Positions 57,501-64,000 of a DNA stretch of 64,000 nucleotides are shown in pieces. Made by a program: the position numbers and the translations under genes. Source of the DNA: a virus. Lineage: Duplodnaviria > Caudoviricetes. The DNA is taken from positions 10,224 through 74,223 of the IMG/VR virus record IMGVR_UViG_3300028888_000116. One strand, 5' to 3'. Below the pieces are notes generated by a model. That model saw nothing but the letters and a program-made list of their open reading frames with translations, searched no databases and was not told the DNA's origin. Positions within the stretch are counted from its first letter, which is position 1, and every line of letters starts with the position of its first letter.

Positions 57501-59965
57501 ATTATAGAGCGGAATTGAAGATTCCATATTTATTTAATACTAAAAATGGACAGAATCTCATAGATACAGATTTTAATAACGTATCAGAAACTCCAACAGC
57601 AGGTATTTATTTACCAAAGAATGGATACGGAAGCTTCAGAGGTAATCTTGATGAATGGATTTATAATAAGCCTTGGGATATTGATGCTGTTGCTTTTGAT
57701 AATAAATATCTTTATAATAATAAAGGTGAGCCAATTTATCTCGTTGGAAAGAATGGACAGAAAATTATCTCAAAGAATGGAGAACAAAAATTCAAAGTTT
57801 CTGAAGTAAATAATAATAAGCCAAAAATTACAAAAGAGTTACTTGGAGATGAAAAATATAGAACAATCACAGTAATTCACGGTAATGATAAATTAAGTAT
57901 TACAGTTGAAAAACTTGAAGAAACAGCTCCACATATTTATTGCCCATTTATTGAGCCTGCTGGAGCACAAAATACAAACTTCTTCAATGGATTCGTATTT
58001 AAAGTAATGAAAGATACTAAGAATATTTGTGAATCTGATAAATTAAAGGTATTCTTCAATAATGGAGAAGAAAGTGAAGTTGAGTTTACTTATGAAAATT
58101 CAATTTTGACTTTGAATTTCAATGAAGAGCAGGATTCTTCTCATTTATTCAATTTAAGATTTGAATATGAAGATTGTGAACCATTAGAAATAAATAATTG
58201 TGATTTTGATGAAACTCTTACTCAGCCTGATATTGATAAAATAAATGAGCTTTTGATAAAAGATATAGTTTATATTAAAAATGGCTCTGATGAATCAGAA
58301 GAAATCTATGTACCAATTTATTCAAATCCATATTTCTGTGATTATGAATATTTTGGCTCTGAACATCCAATTAATATTGATGTTGAAAATAAGATTTTAT
58401 CAAGGCCAAGTAATAAGCAAGATATTACATTAAATACAAAGATTACTGAAAAAGTTGAAAATGAGACAATAGATTTACTCAATGCAAGATATAAATTGAA
58501 TATTAATTATATTGATGATATTTATATTTTCACAAATGATAATAATAAATGCTATATTATTGGTGATACGCATTTTGATGGAGAACCTTTTAATCATATA
58601 GAATCATTAAATGATTCTGATTTTAATGGTGCTGTTCTCAATTATTTTAGTGATACAACTTCTGATGAGCAATTTGATATATTGAAATGTAATAAATTAA
58701 CTCATAATGGACTTGAATTTAAAGATTTGCCTTATGATGATAATGATGAAGTTGTAATAAAAGGTATTCAATCTGAAATAATTATGAAGCAACCTCATTA
58801 TTCAAATTATGCTGAATTATTCAATAATCTTGGGTCAGAAATTTCAACTGGAAAGATTATATATAAAGCAGATTATAAAGATACTGAATTATATGTATCT
58901 GCAACTGGAAATAATGTATTTAAGTTGAATAATTTAATCGGATGTAATCAACCAAATATTGAAAATAATTTGAATGATGGAAAAGTTCATTATATCAAAA
59001 TGAAATTATTGACAGCTACTACAATCTTACCTTCAAATGATATTATCAAAGATGGAGAGAGCTTTGTTAAAATTGATGCTAAAGATTTAATTGAGTGGCC
59101 AATTGATAGAGTTTACTTCAATAGTAGAGGTATTAAACTTCCACCTGTTAAGATAGGAAATAAATTCTACAGGAATGAAAATGTAGATGATTATAACAAG
59201 ATTTCCTATAAGAATAACAATGGATATAAGATTTTTGAATGTGATGAAAATGGAAATTATACAACTTATATTGAAGATAAGGGAGAATTAGTAAGTAAAC
59301 TCTGTACATCAGTAAATTACTTATTTAATCCATATACTCCTAAAAATGAATTAAATATGAACTCATTCAAGAACAGATTCTATAAAGAAGGTGAAGAGCA
59401 AAATCCTTTCTGGCAAATTATCAGAATCAAGAAAGAATATAATGAGCTTACTGGAGAAATGGAAGAAAAAGCGAAGATTTTGGAATATAAGAAATATTCT
59501 GATAGTGTAAATCTTTTTGAAGCTGAGCATCCATATATCAGTATTTATAAAACTTCTACTTATGAAGAAAAAGAAGACCTTGTATTCTTGAATAAGAATG
59601 TTGATTTTGTAAATAAAAAGAAAGGCGAAATCAAATTTACTTCAAGATTCAATGATAGAGATTATTACGCTGAAACAGAATCTATCTTGAAATTCGGTAT
59701 TGAAGTTCAAAATACTCTTAAAGGAAAAATTGAAAAGAATCTTGACAGAATCTTATTTTCTTCTTTTGAAAAATGTAATTACGAAGTTAATAATATCAAC
59801 TCAAATAAGATAAATAATGATGATTCTATCATAGAAATTTCAGAGTTGGGACTTTTCAATAAGAAAGGGCAATTAATGGCTTATGCTACATTCCCACCTA
59901 TTGAATATAGAACAGATTCTCAACACTTATCGTTCTTACTATATATTTACGATGGTAATTATTAA
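48539..59965 (+). CDS. Giant baseplate/tail-fibre structural protein (3,808 aa)
   Basis: Uninterrupted ORF just upstream of the tail sheath. YRRKFYGTYAGY near the N-terminus; C-terminal ISELGLFNKKGQLMAYATFPPIEY typical of baseplate/fibre-attachment domains. ACTAATTT at 48506-48513. Confidence 0.75.
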   Translation: MSRFTSTSEFDINRRVQITNETPVYNLFEALNSTMQNDFYEWFIGNQEIRYDVPYSIKQENPNGKYEDNSVAGTVGRFDIIRDNQESDGPTKFDRLEKNQVYYKYVNGGVSPIYGPKPKSELDGPNTHYHSMKLTGVLIPEFDLLLHHSYRYLECLYPDHPDWTYLLTPTEFNDQIRAAGKIIDYIPKNLFFDKVAKSLSKSFTNDELIDEASMIKIHNLKDEAYRRKFYGTYAGYKMIGNDIFQHISVFPVATYLPIKPVTESYDNKTLEELSRDFGENFKTRAEWEYYEKTQLRKIDTFSSIYSNKFKLIDYQPKMYGNFAGYKTFRYFTTLWSNDIYEFIEDYSDITLQSSNISQTAVIKDAANITYQITNNGVHGIYYYEDKGPNVSPISITKENESIDLSYYVSVDEILPKSEIEFEVFNLFDSYVTEENGIKKINLPETDTTYYPLLMQMIAPNEIEQPVWNNIFKTFPKEIKKTYKNPLVRDSLYLDPESTLKCYRNDKFYNNVITKEAQDIYKIYKTKNKDRVDAALLYSFTPGFFKCRFNEGLETSDQSLFGTGVFSISIMNKNDEEFIFTAKGSIDIEILNSSSLYTFGGNFRILTVPQLVDETSKLATAYYTPIVEPIQNYERFFDSETGEILIDKKCKIVKICRIDGIGANDCEIDAPQIQFKPIPFLFDSFRFEDLNFGWGNFLPLIEDSFFRFDEAHIRLEDVLCGETDVYHVSPLTSNVFYNMGYFVDNLYGNTTLYAKSELNESIKNYIKKNLDSFNLYPSDSQEEIEIEGRVDLTIEGGDNLITFESAASKERINTLSIGDIVTGNCVDSDDEIVFITEIGSDYIRVSNKLLTSGTFVFKFNIKVNSVKVTEDKPMDFIDRLKGVNEYEFYNPFYHGIYSPYNSTKRASKAYVNGISNINSWRPYIEGGRYNDVFYATHNFEEIEGQRLIPSTIKFANDLFVEYNADKILYYPTRSGKEECLMSVEWLDYLENKVNEASRLSDNINVGVCVSLQTDSSGNVTTDTNINSQFRIMKGIWGKTGGKADFPMYARVGNGSKTFKSYSVSSIYSGTGKSVYGNSKYSQETTDYNFKDNIDPDGDVISPTMDYYGDNENIRNTIEAKQVIYKDIDNALFEVSFGENDILSNYSVENKLYTLIQVNIYKQNFKNLLKYSTFECKRWEEQGGEYGKYLVDEDNDNRWIKLLNISDKTRNIFESVSKLFEVPEEVELPQGISRNSVFKNVNQDLPTYMGHWSPASEKENENDDNSKMVIKKPDTSNFTFTENKIYYWIADTAAKIQLWNEDTQRNEEFEVSDSAILTAILTASGRIDDIENAEPGRDINEAKVIWDIKNFKYCNNFGSADDDEVNTRYNRLNIDEPEEDYIYSEIGHTYERLYGEDIFLQFILQSLGIFGNEETLKQCTYSLDERYQTMVENNESITFESYSDFLKDTTPFELCLIKHIDTLEYTDGDFRNLVFKECLKLIKDMGYVTLKDEDETPIDDANNDNIDYQNKVMAELLDDVENIDFAASNNEIPKILVLNNALKNYIIIENKANPLKTVKICDLKETLRVAEFSLRAMDYVKPEDDENAPDNYADTDEAIRIFGIIDEDYLLKFPSLNSKVNILNLRKFIDENVFLFTTNDIMMIPKGADFLAGKFIKEDIICFFKTNEQFYIFKLNKNDVFASTIEIERFTESGVYNDEWLRLKDEKYNSISISKKINSTFKLPRKYLNDNYEFDLIINPQFIGTGFEYKEDGTIDKSTPVKIEISRGAIYYDKENEEFFTWTYEVEDAINVVEKDRHEIVHKHGANGNELKLRKFAIEFAENSYFKNILYSSGQYYIKEKIDSQNNKIEEAFVSAENELNLNIDKISSNDKILEVKEVKLRPLNSGTNEASFLSNYSEFTGRISGVDFENNKIIFEPQNITEKSELLTQVEQLLPSSLIDGQVSPDELPENNIIDFNDESTPDKPVITQSRFERLPVITNVENEYTLSSDFNKGEFKYFKNNLIFVGSVDRKNPNIITYPRETKLQECYGAALNLIKNNDIIQKAYLLDPVTDGNTLTEKTFVVNENDILDTSAEVYRSSDGKFFAILLNNGNLSIYTQNNINESRISFNSPIVATNLGQAIGNNCHLMKVASVGESYIAEVSIGSTSESSLYEIRLGPNNTYTYKKLFGSEFVVPNLNSDEYLRVNLESVEDAGDNDGVPYPQDYEIIKAEDIKGTLQEEPQNIDSSELAGMGIASNINLTRYIDYFGANNPTNAYEPMDNGRFIYVENNSGNGLLDSIVIKGTKIFIYSKLYNYNVATGAEEGMTERPYWHSFDLSTFISDTRNLFDGVPGYDTAEKQIQFTKECATTAQQYLDSIGETNSLRYNIITKILEFLNVEGLAGMTSISLSNEVDDANGPGIGLYKDTVNNYYSFYTQDEALPTMSLKEALIILCDLIGAGDCVRRIIDSPIKDAYIRGTKLFIVEENDTISYIELENLYRYSDYSNWENWHKLNLREFVYYSLDTNGYSYRIQNSNGQVETINIPMRTQNSIFNIVEVEDSDDGLFVMGNIISGDELNNGAIPDILSLTETEPENKLNELNNYCLQGSSIRPVVLKFENDNFIAIYGPDEAANTYISNTIIFNNERYFFGCYNDGTLSTYGVLTLENNTLKSKVLDDNDIIRDLYNTDDYIDENGNICWITKGPNPKYLQTENTSDILSNISNNRIVKVDNNGTIKLDKAIIPIGYGIVRILFSVSTQEDITDNKVCVPTDGSFDSLYYTDEKEFDVIKTLEYSETDSFHNADRVYSFNQQKYNGRLVDDGEDAEENNPYYFPYLPPSPDNPYYEETELLNDSGNPIKYCSSAGLYDIAGEIARTPKYYSIESLNKDITQRIELTEIDATTSSINSIKYSSSPFADIDADNLGIFKNYLISGDLEIGSFIERNFTVRPDTTYDIEGAIENSITNNEPLFIVDDNEFILKKLPEEESDDSAPLYLYNSTRGYFLLDSDIYYRAELKIPYLFNTKNGQNLIDTDFNNVSETPTAGIYLPKNGYGSFRGNLDEWIYNKPWDIDAVAFDNKYLYNNKGEPIYLVGKNGQKIISKNGEQKFKVSEVNNNKPKITKELLGDEKYRTITVIHGNDKLSITVEKLEETAPHIYCPFIEPAGAQNTNFFNGFVFKVMKDTKNICESDKLKVFFNNGEESEVEFTYENSILTLNFNEEQDSSHLFNLRFEYEDCEPLEINNCDFDETLTQPDIDKINELLIKDIVYIKNGSDESEEIYVPIYSNPYFCDYEYFGSEHPINIDVENKILSRPSNKQDITLNTKITEKVENETIDLLNARYKLNINYIDDIYIFTNDNNKCYIIGDTHFDGEPFNHIESLNDSDFNGAVLNYFSDTTSDEQFDILKCNKLTHNGLEFKDLPYDDNDEVVIKGIQSEIIMKQPHYSNYAELFNNLGSEISTGKIIYKADYKDTELYVSATGNNVFKLNNLIGCNQPNIENNLNDGKVHYIKMKLLTATTILPSNDIIKDGESFVKIDAKDLIEWPIDRVYFNSRGIKLPPVKIGNKFYRNENVDDYNKISYKNNNGYKIFECDENGNYTTYIEDKGELVSKLCTSVNYLFNPYTPKNELNMNSFKNRFYKEGEEQNPFWQIIRIKKEYNELTGEMEEKAKILEYKKYSDSVNLFEAEHPYISIYKTSTYEEKEDLVFLNKNVDFVNKKKGEIKFTSRFNDRDYYAETESILKFGIEVQNTLKGKIEKNLDRILFSSFEKCNYEVNNINSNKINNDDSIIEISELGLFNKKGQLMAYATFPPIEYRTDSQHLSFLLYIYDGNY

Positions 59966-60022
59966 GGTTATACTTTTTAAAAATTAGAGACTAATTTAAA
60001 ATAAAATATAGGAGTAAAACGA

Positions 60023-62827
60023 ATGAAAAGTTTTAGATTTCAATTCATAGATATTGATGAAAGCTATACAATTTCAACAGCTAGAACTAATATTTCTGGT
60101 TATATTGGAATTCGAGCTCCAAAGGGACTTAAAGAAGCCCAACTTTTCACTCAGGGAAATGAAAAACACATCAGAGCTATGATTGGTATTCCAACAGCTA
60201 ACTGGCCTGACATTGCCGAAGCTATTGCATTCAATAATGGCTATGATTTGTATATTTCAGCACCACCTGGAAACGGAGCTGGTTATTCATCATATTTTGG
60301 TGGTAAGTATATCACAAAAGATGGAATTTTAGATTATTGGAACGTAACAGATGGAGATAATCCAAACTTTGAAATTGCTGTTCCTTTAGCAAATGAAAAG
60401 AATTATATCAACGAATTAAATGATTCTGATATAACTTTGGAATTGGCACCTCAGACTGGTAAAATCAAGTTGAACATTTCAAATATTTCAAAGAAAATTT
60501 TTGAAAGAGTAAATGCGTTAGACTTTGATGGAAAAAATATAGAATTCAAAAATGGTACATTCTTCTATGATGATGGAAGTGATAATGGAGTAAATTACGG
60601 TTCTTATGATAAAATTGCTAAAACAGCAGTTTTTGAAACAGGACTTACAATTTCTGATATTTTGAATACTGATGATATAAATACTGATGCTGCTAAAGCA
60701 ATATCTATTGGTTATCAGAAGAACGATAGATATGATTACAATTTCTATACAAGCTCAAATGGAGAAAAACTCTATTATCAGAAAGGGCCAAATGGAGAAG
60801 AAAACGAAATTGTAGTTGGAGATTCTCTTGAATTTGGAAAAATTATTTATGTAGCTCCTGACTATACTGATTTCGTAGTTGGAAATCTTTATTTGACACT
60901 TTCAAACGGTACTCTTTCAATTAAAGATTGTACTTCAACTATAGAAGATGTTGAATGGGCTGAAGCATCGGGAACAAATACAGTAATAATTACTAAAATT
61001 GAAATGGGTAAATTACTTGCTTGGGAAGGTAATACAGAAAATAATTTACCATTCGGAAATACAACTCTTGAGCCATTCAAAGGATTAAAAGACCTTTTAG
61101 TATGGAAATATAATATTAAGGCTGATACTCTTCTTTGTGTATCACAGAAATCACCTTATGAAACAAAGACTAAGATTACAATTTCTGACATTGGATATGA
61201 CAAATATCTTTATGATGCTAAGATTCCATACGTAACAAAGTCATTCTTCAACCAAGAAGGTAATGAAGATTTAATCAAGAATAATCTTGGAGCAATTTCT
61301 CCATATAATGAAATTGTTGCTATCGTTGGAACAACTCTTGATGATAACCCAAATGTTGAAGAAGCTCAACTCAAGAAAAATGATATTAAACTCTATGGAT
61401 TACTTGAAGATGGAACATTTGATGATGTAACAGAAGATTATCTTACAAAAGATATTTATATCACTGGACCAGCTGAATTAGATGATTCAGATGCAGCTAG
61501 AGATATTCGTTCTGATTTGAGAGAAACAATCTGGTATGTTGATTATGGAACAAATGAAAAGCCATTATTGAAACAAAGAACAGAAGATGGAGAACTTCTT
61601 TTAAGAGGTAATGTAAACTTCAATACTATTACAATTTCTTGTTCAGAAGAAGTAGAGCCAGGAGAAATCACAACTGGTGGAGAATTTACTGGTTCTTTAT
61701 CAGAAACAGGAACAGATGTAAATGGAACAAATATTTATTGGCCAAATGTTCTTTCTGATGATGCTGTAACATTCATTAAGGTAATTCCAGTTAACACAAT
61801 TGATTCTTATGATGAATTCGTAAATGGATTCTGGCGAGGAACAAAGATTGTTGATGAAGCAATTGATGGAGATGTTTATACATCAAATATTAAGGGACAG
61901 AGATATTGTTCTTATGTAAATAGATTGAATATTGCTGAAGGTAAACTCGGATGCGCTTGGAGAAATGAATATGCAGGAATCATTAATGATTCTCTTATTG
62001 AAGCTGAATCAGATGTTTATGATGATTGTGTAATCTTTATGGAGCCAACAGGACAAGAACAATTCAGAAGCAAATTAGTTTCTTTAAGAGAATCTTGTCA
62101 CGACCTTTCAACATTCATCTCACCTAAGATTATTACTCAGGCTGAATTTGATAATCCTAATAAGATTATCGTAAATGGTAAATCTTTTGGTGTTGCTCAA
62201 TATATTGGTGAATTCAAGATGTATGATACTTACACAGGAAAGTATTATTACTGTCAACCAATTGGTGATGTAGGATTAATGCTTGCAAGAATCAATGATA
62301 GAGAGTATGGTGGACACGCCCCAGCGGGAACAAATGAAAATGGACTTGGTGGACAGCTTTCAAGAGCAGTTCTTGAAGCAAAATGGAAGTTCAAAGATGC
62401 TCAACTTAAGATTCTTAATAAGAAGGGTGTTAACCCAATCACTTATGATAACAAATTTGGTTTAATGATGAGAGACCACTTATCTACAGCAGATAACTCA
62501 AAAGGTTCTGATTGGGGTTGGCTTGGATATTCAATGTCATTCGACCTTTGTAAACGAGAGATTAGAGATAATGTTATGGCAGAACAGCTCTTCAAGAGAA
62601 TTAATGCATTCTATATGTCTATCAGAAAGAAGCAAATTGATGCAATTCTTGAAAAGAGAACTTCTGGTTCTGACCCAATTTGGGATTATGCTTACTGTGA
62701 AATCACAGGAAAGAATAATGGAACTACAAAAGCTAAGAGACAATTTGTTATCGAAGTTGGATGTAGAGTTAACGTTTATAGTGAATCTATCTTGCTCTAT
62801 TACAAGACGATGAGTCAAGAAAACTAA
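60023..62827 (+). CDS. Tail sheath protein (T4 gp18-like)
   Basis: N-terminal FQFIDIDES...GYIGIRAPKG; C-terminal APAG...GQL...LNKKGVNPI...FVIEV. ACTAATTT at 59990-59997, AGGAG RBS. Confidence 0.85.
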   Translation: MKSFRFQFIDIDESYTISTARTNISGYIGIRAPKGLKEAQLFTQGNEKHIRAMIGIPTANWPDIAEAIAFNNGYDLYISAPPGNGAGYSSYFGGKYITKDGILDYWNVTDGDNPNFEIAVPLANEKNYINELNDSDITLELAPQTGKIKLNISNISKKIFERVNALDFDGKNIEFKNGTFFYDDGSDNGVNYGSYDKIAKTAVFETGLTISDILNTDDINTDAAKAISIGYQKNDRYDYNFYTSSNGEKLYYQKGPNGEENEIVVGDSLEFGKIIYVAPDYTDFVVGNLYLTLSNGTLSIKDCTSTIEDVEWAEASGTNTVIITKIEMGKLLAWEGNTENNLPFGNTTLEPFKGLKDLLVWKYNIKADTLLCVSQKSPYETKTKITISDIGYDKYLYDAKIPYVTKSFFNQEGNEDLIKNNLGAISPYNEIVAIVGTTLDDNPNVEEAQLKKNDIKLYGLLEDGTFDDVTEDYLTKDIYITGPAELDDSDAARDIRSDLRETIWYVDYGTNEKPLLKQRTEDGELLLRGNVNFNTITISCSEEVEPGEITTGGEFTGSLSETGTDVNGTNIYWPNVLSDDAVTFIKVIPVNTIDSYDEFVNGFWRGTKIVDEAIDGDVYTSNIKGQRYCSYVNRLNIAEGKLGCAWRNEYAGIINDSLIEAESDVYDDCVIFMEPTGQEQFRSKLVSLRESCHDLSTFISPKIITQAEFDNPNKIIVNGKSFGVAQYIGEFKMYDTYTGKYYYCQPIGDVGLMLARINDREYGGHAPAGTNENGLGGQLSRAVLEAKWKFKDAQLKILNKKGVNPITYDNKFGLMMRDHLSTADNSKGSDWGWLGYSMSFDLCKREIRDNVMAEQLFKRINAFYMSIRKKQIDAILEKRTSGSDPIWDYAYCEITGKNNGTTKAKRQFVIEVGCRVNVYSESILLYYKTMSQEN

Positions 62828-62848
62828 AGCGAAATAGATTCAGAGTAT

Positions 62849-62878
62849 AAAAAGGGTACCTTTAAGGTACCCTTTTTT
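62849..62878 (+). terminator. Intrinsic terminator after the sheath gene
   Basis: AAAAAGGGTACCT-tta-AGGTACCCTTTTTT. Confidence 0.85.
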
Positions 62879-62921
62879 CATTCCCGTCTCAGTTCACTAG
62901 ATATATCCTTTTTCACAAATT

Positions 62922-62966
62922 TTACTTTTCTTAAAAATTCTATTATATTATATTATAGAATGGAGG
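62922..62966 (+). promoter_or_regulatory. Class E promoter plus RBS
   Basis: TTACTT (62922-62927)-N18-TATTAT (62946-62951), then GGAGG. Confidence 0.65.
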
Positions 62967-62972
62967 TTATAG

Positions 62973-63305
62973 GTGTATCAGGTTGATATAATTGATGGCA
63001 ATTCGTATTTCAATTATACAGACAAAAGTATAGATATTCTATTTCACCCATCAATAAAAGAATCCAATTATAATAATATAAAATTTGTGAAAATACAATG
63101 TTTGGAAGTTTTATCTGATGGAGTAAAGGGGATAAATCTTGAAATTAAAGAGCCTGATATAAAAGAAAAAATCAAAGAAGCACAGAAAAAATATGGGAAT
63201 TATATACTCGAAAGAGTTGTATATAAAGATTTAAAAATAAACAATATTTGGAGCGAAAAAGTATGGGAAGAAAAAAAGGTAGTAAAAATGGAACAAGTTC
63301 TGTAG
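62973..63305 (+). CDS. Hypothetical protein
   Basis: 110 aa, GTG start after GGAGG. Confidence 0.65.
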   Translation: MYQVDIIDGNSYFNYTDKSIDILFHPSIKESNYNNIKFVKIQCLEVLSDGVKGINLEIKEPDIKEKIKEAQKKYGNYILERVVYKDLKINNIWSEKVWEEKKVVKMEQVL

Positions 63306-64000
63306 TTCCATTTCGTGATTATAATTTAATAAAAAGAATTAAAGAAGGCGATAAAAAAGCTGAATATGAATTGTTCAATTTATATTCTGAATTGATTTAT
63401 TCTCAATATCATACTTTAAGAGAAATAGTCGTAAATTATGGATTCAAAGGATTTGAAATACCGGATATTAAAGATTATAAAGCGGATTGTTGGGAGCCAT
63501 TCGTAAAAGCAATCAATACAACAGAACTCAGTAAAATTGACCATTGTCCGATTTATGATTGTAAAAAGGACGAAGGAGAAACGTTGACTGATTGGAGAGC
63601 GAGAAGAAAATGTATTGGGTATGAAGACCACTCTGAAAAATGGTGTTTCTATCAGACTTTTTGGGGTTATATTAAAAAGATGAATGAAACAAATCTCGCT
63701 CATTGGGTAAAGGAACAAGGAAATAATATTCAGATGATAGCGGCTTCTTCAAAAGATGAAGAATTCAATATCATTGATATTGCAAAATCTTATGATAATT
63801 CTTGTGAGACGGAATACCTCGAAAAGAAAGAAAATATGAAATTGAGAATGGCAATCAATAATGCATTCAAGAGATTTACTCCTTTACAGAAAAAGATTTG
63901 GGATAGTCGCTCACAGGACGAAAGTGAATATAATTTCGTCAAGAATAATAAAGTATCAAAAAAGGATTATGAAAGTAATCTTGAAGCAATGAAAAATATT
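63263..64000 (+). CDS. Sigma70-family (ECF-like) RNA polymerase sigma factor, 3' end beyond the window
   Basis: Not in the ORF track. Hand translation from ATG 63263 (GGAG RBS) is open for 246 codons: LIKRIKEGDKKAEYELFNLYSELIY...DYKADCWEPFVKAI...FYQTFWGYIKK...LRMAINNAFKRFTPLQKKIW. Confidence 0.75.
   Translation, partial: MGRKKGSKNGTSSVVPFRDYNLIKRIKEGDKKAEYELFNLYSELIYSQYHTLREIVVNYGFKGFEIPDIKDYKADCWEPFVKAINTTELSKIDHCPIYDCKKDEGETLTDWRARRKCIGYEDHSEKWCFYQTFWGYIKKMNETNLAHWVKEQGNNIQMIAASSKDEEFNIIDIAKSYDNSCETEYLEKKENMKLRMAINNAFKRFTPLQKKIWDSRSQDESEYNFVKNNKVSKKDYESNLEAMKNI

Noticed and set aside
3837-62818. Many 60-133 aa ORFs nested in or antisense to long genes (e.g. 5010, 10072, 12778, 16422, 25244, 30662, 39627, 44143, 52251, 62523)
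   Set aside because: F/L/I/S- or K/M-rich shadow translations typical of AT-rich coding DNA, with no RBS or motif support.
63416-63718. 100-aa minus-strand ORF at the right end
   Set aside because: Antisense to the sigma-like gene that is open from 63263 to the window edge.
1-64000. Stop-codon reassignment as seen in some large gut phages
   Set aside because: Standard-code ORFs are long and tile the window densely (up to 3,808 aa), and TAA, TAG and TGA all end genes.

Overview
A very AT-rich 64-kb segment of a large lytic, contractile-tailed (T4-like architecture) bacteriophage, read in the standard genetic code. Virion genes: tail sheath, tail tube plus three tube-fold paralogues, gp25- and gp6-like baseplate wedge proteins, a 3,808-aa baseplate/fibre protein and a fibre-like gene running off the left edge. 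DNA and accessory genes: terminase, SNF2 and DinG helicases, C5 DNA methyltransferase, Thg1, Hsp20, GT2, GNAT, PIG-L deacetylase, two metallophosphoesterases and many small genes. Best signals: (1) the large terminase is broken into two genes joined by a naturally split, Ala1/WCT (class 3-type) intein, with a free-standing HNH endonuclease between the halves; (2) two sigma70-like genes, each downstream of a different phage promoter class, suggesting a reciprocal sigma relay; (3) a fully nested same-strand gene pair with spanin-like topology sharing one ribosome-binding site; (4) a late-type motif ACTA(A/G)(A/T)T(A/T), often 3-7 nt before an ATG with no Shine-Dalgarno; (5) apparent avoidance of GATC and CATG. 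Two genes missed by the ORF track because they are truncated by the window edges (1..1700 minus; 63263..64000 plus) were translated by hand. All product calls come from motif recognition by eye, not database searches. I saw no tRNA, rRNA, CRISPR array or integrase.
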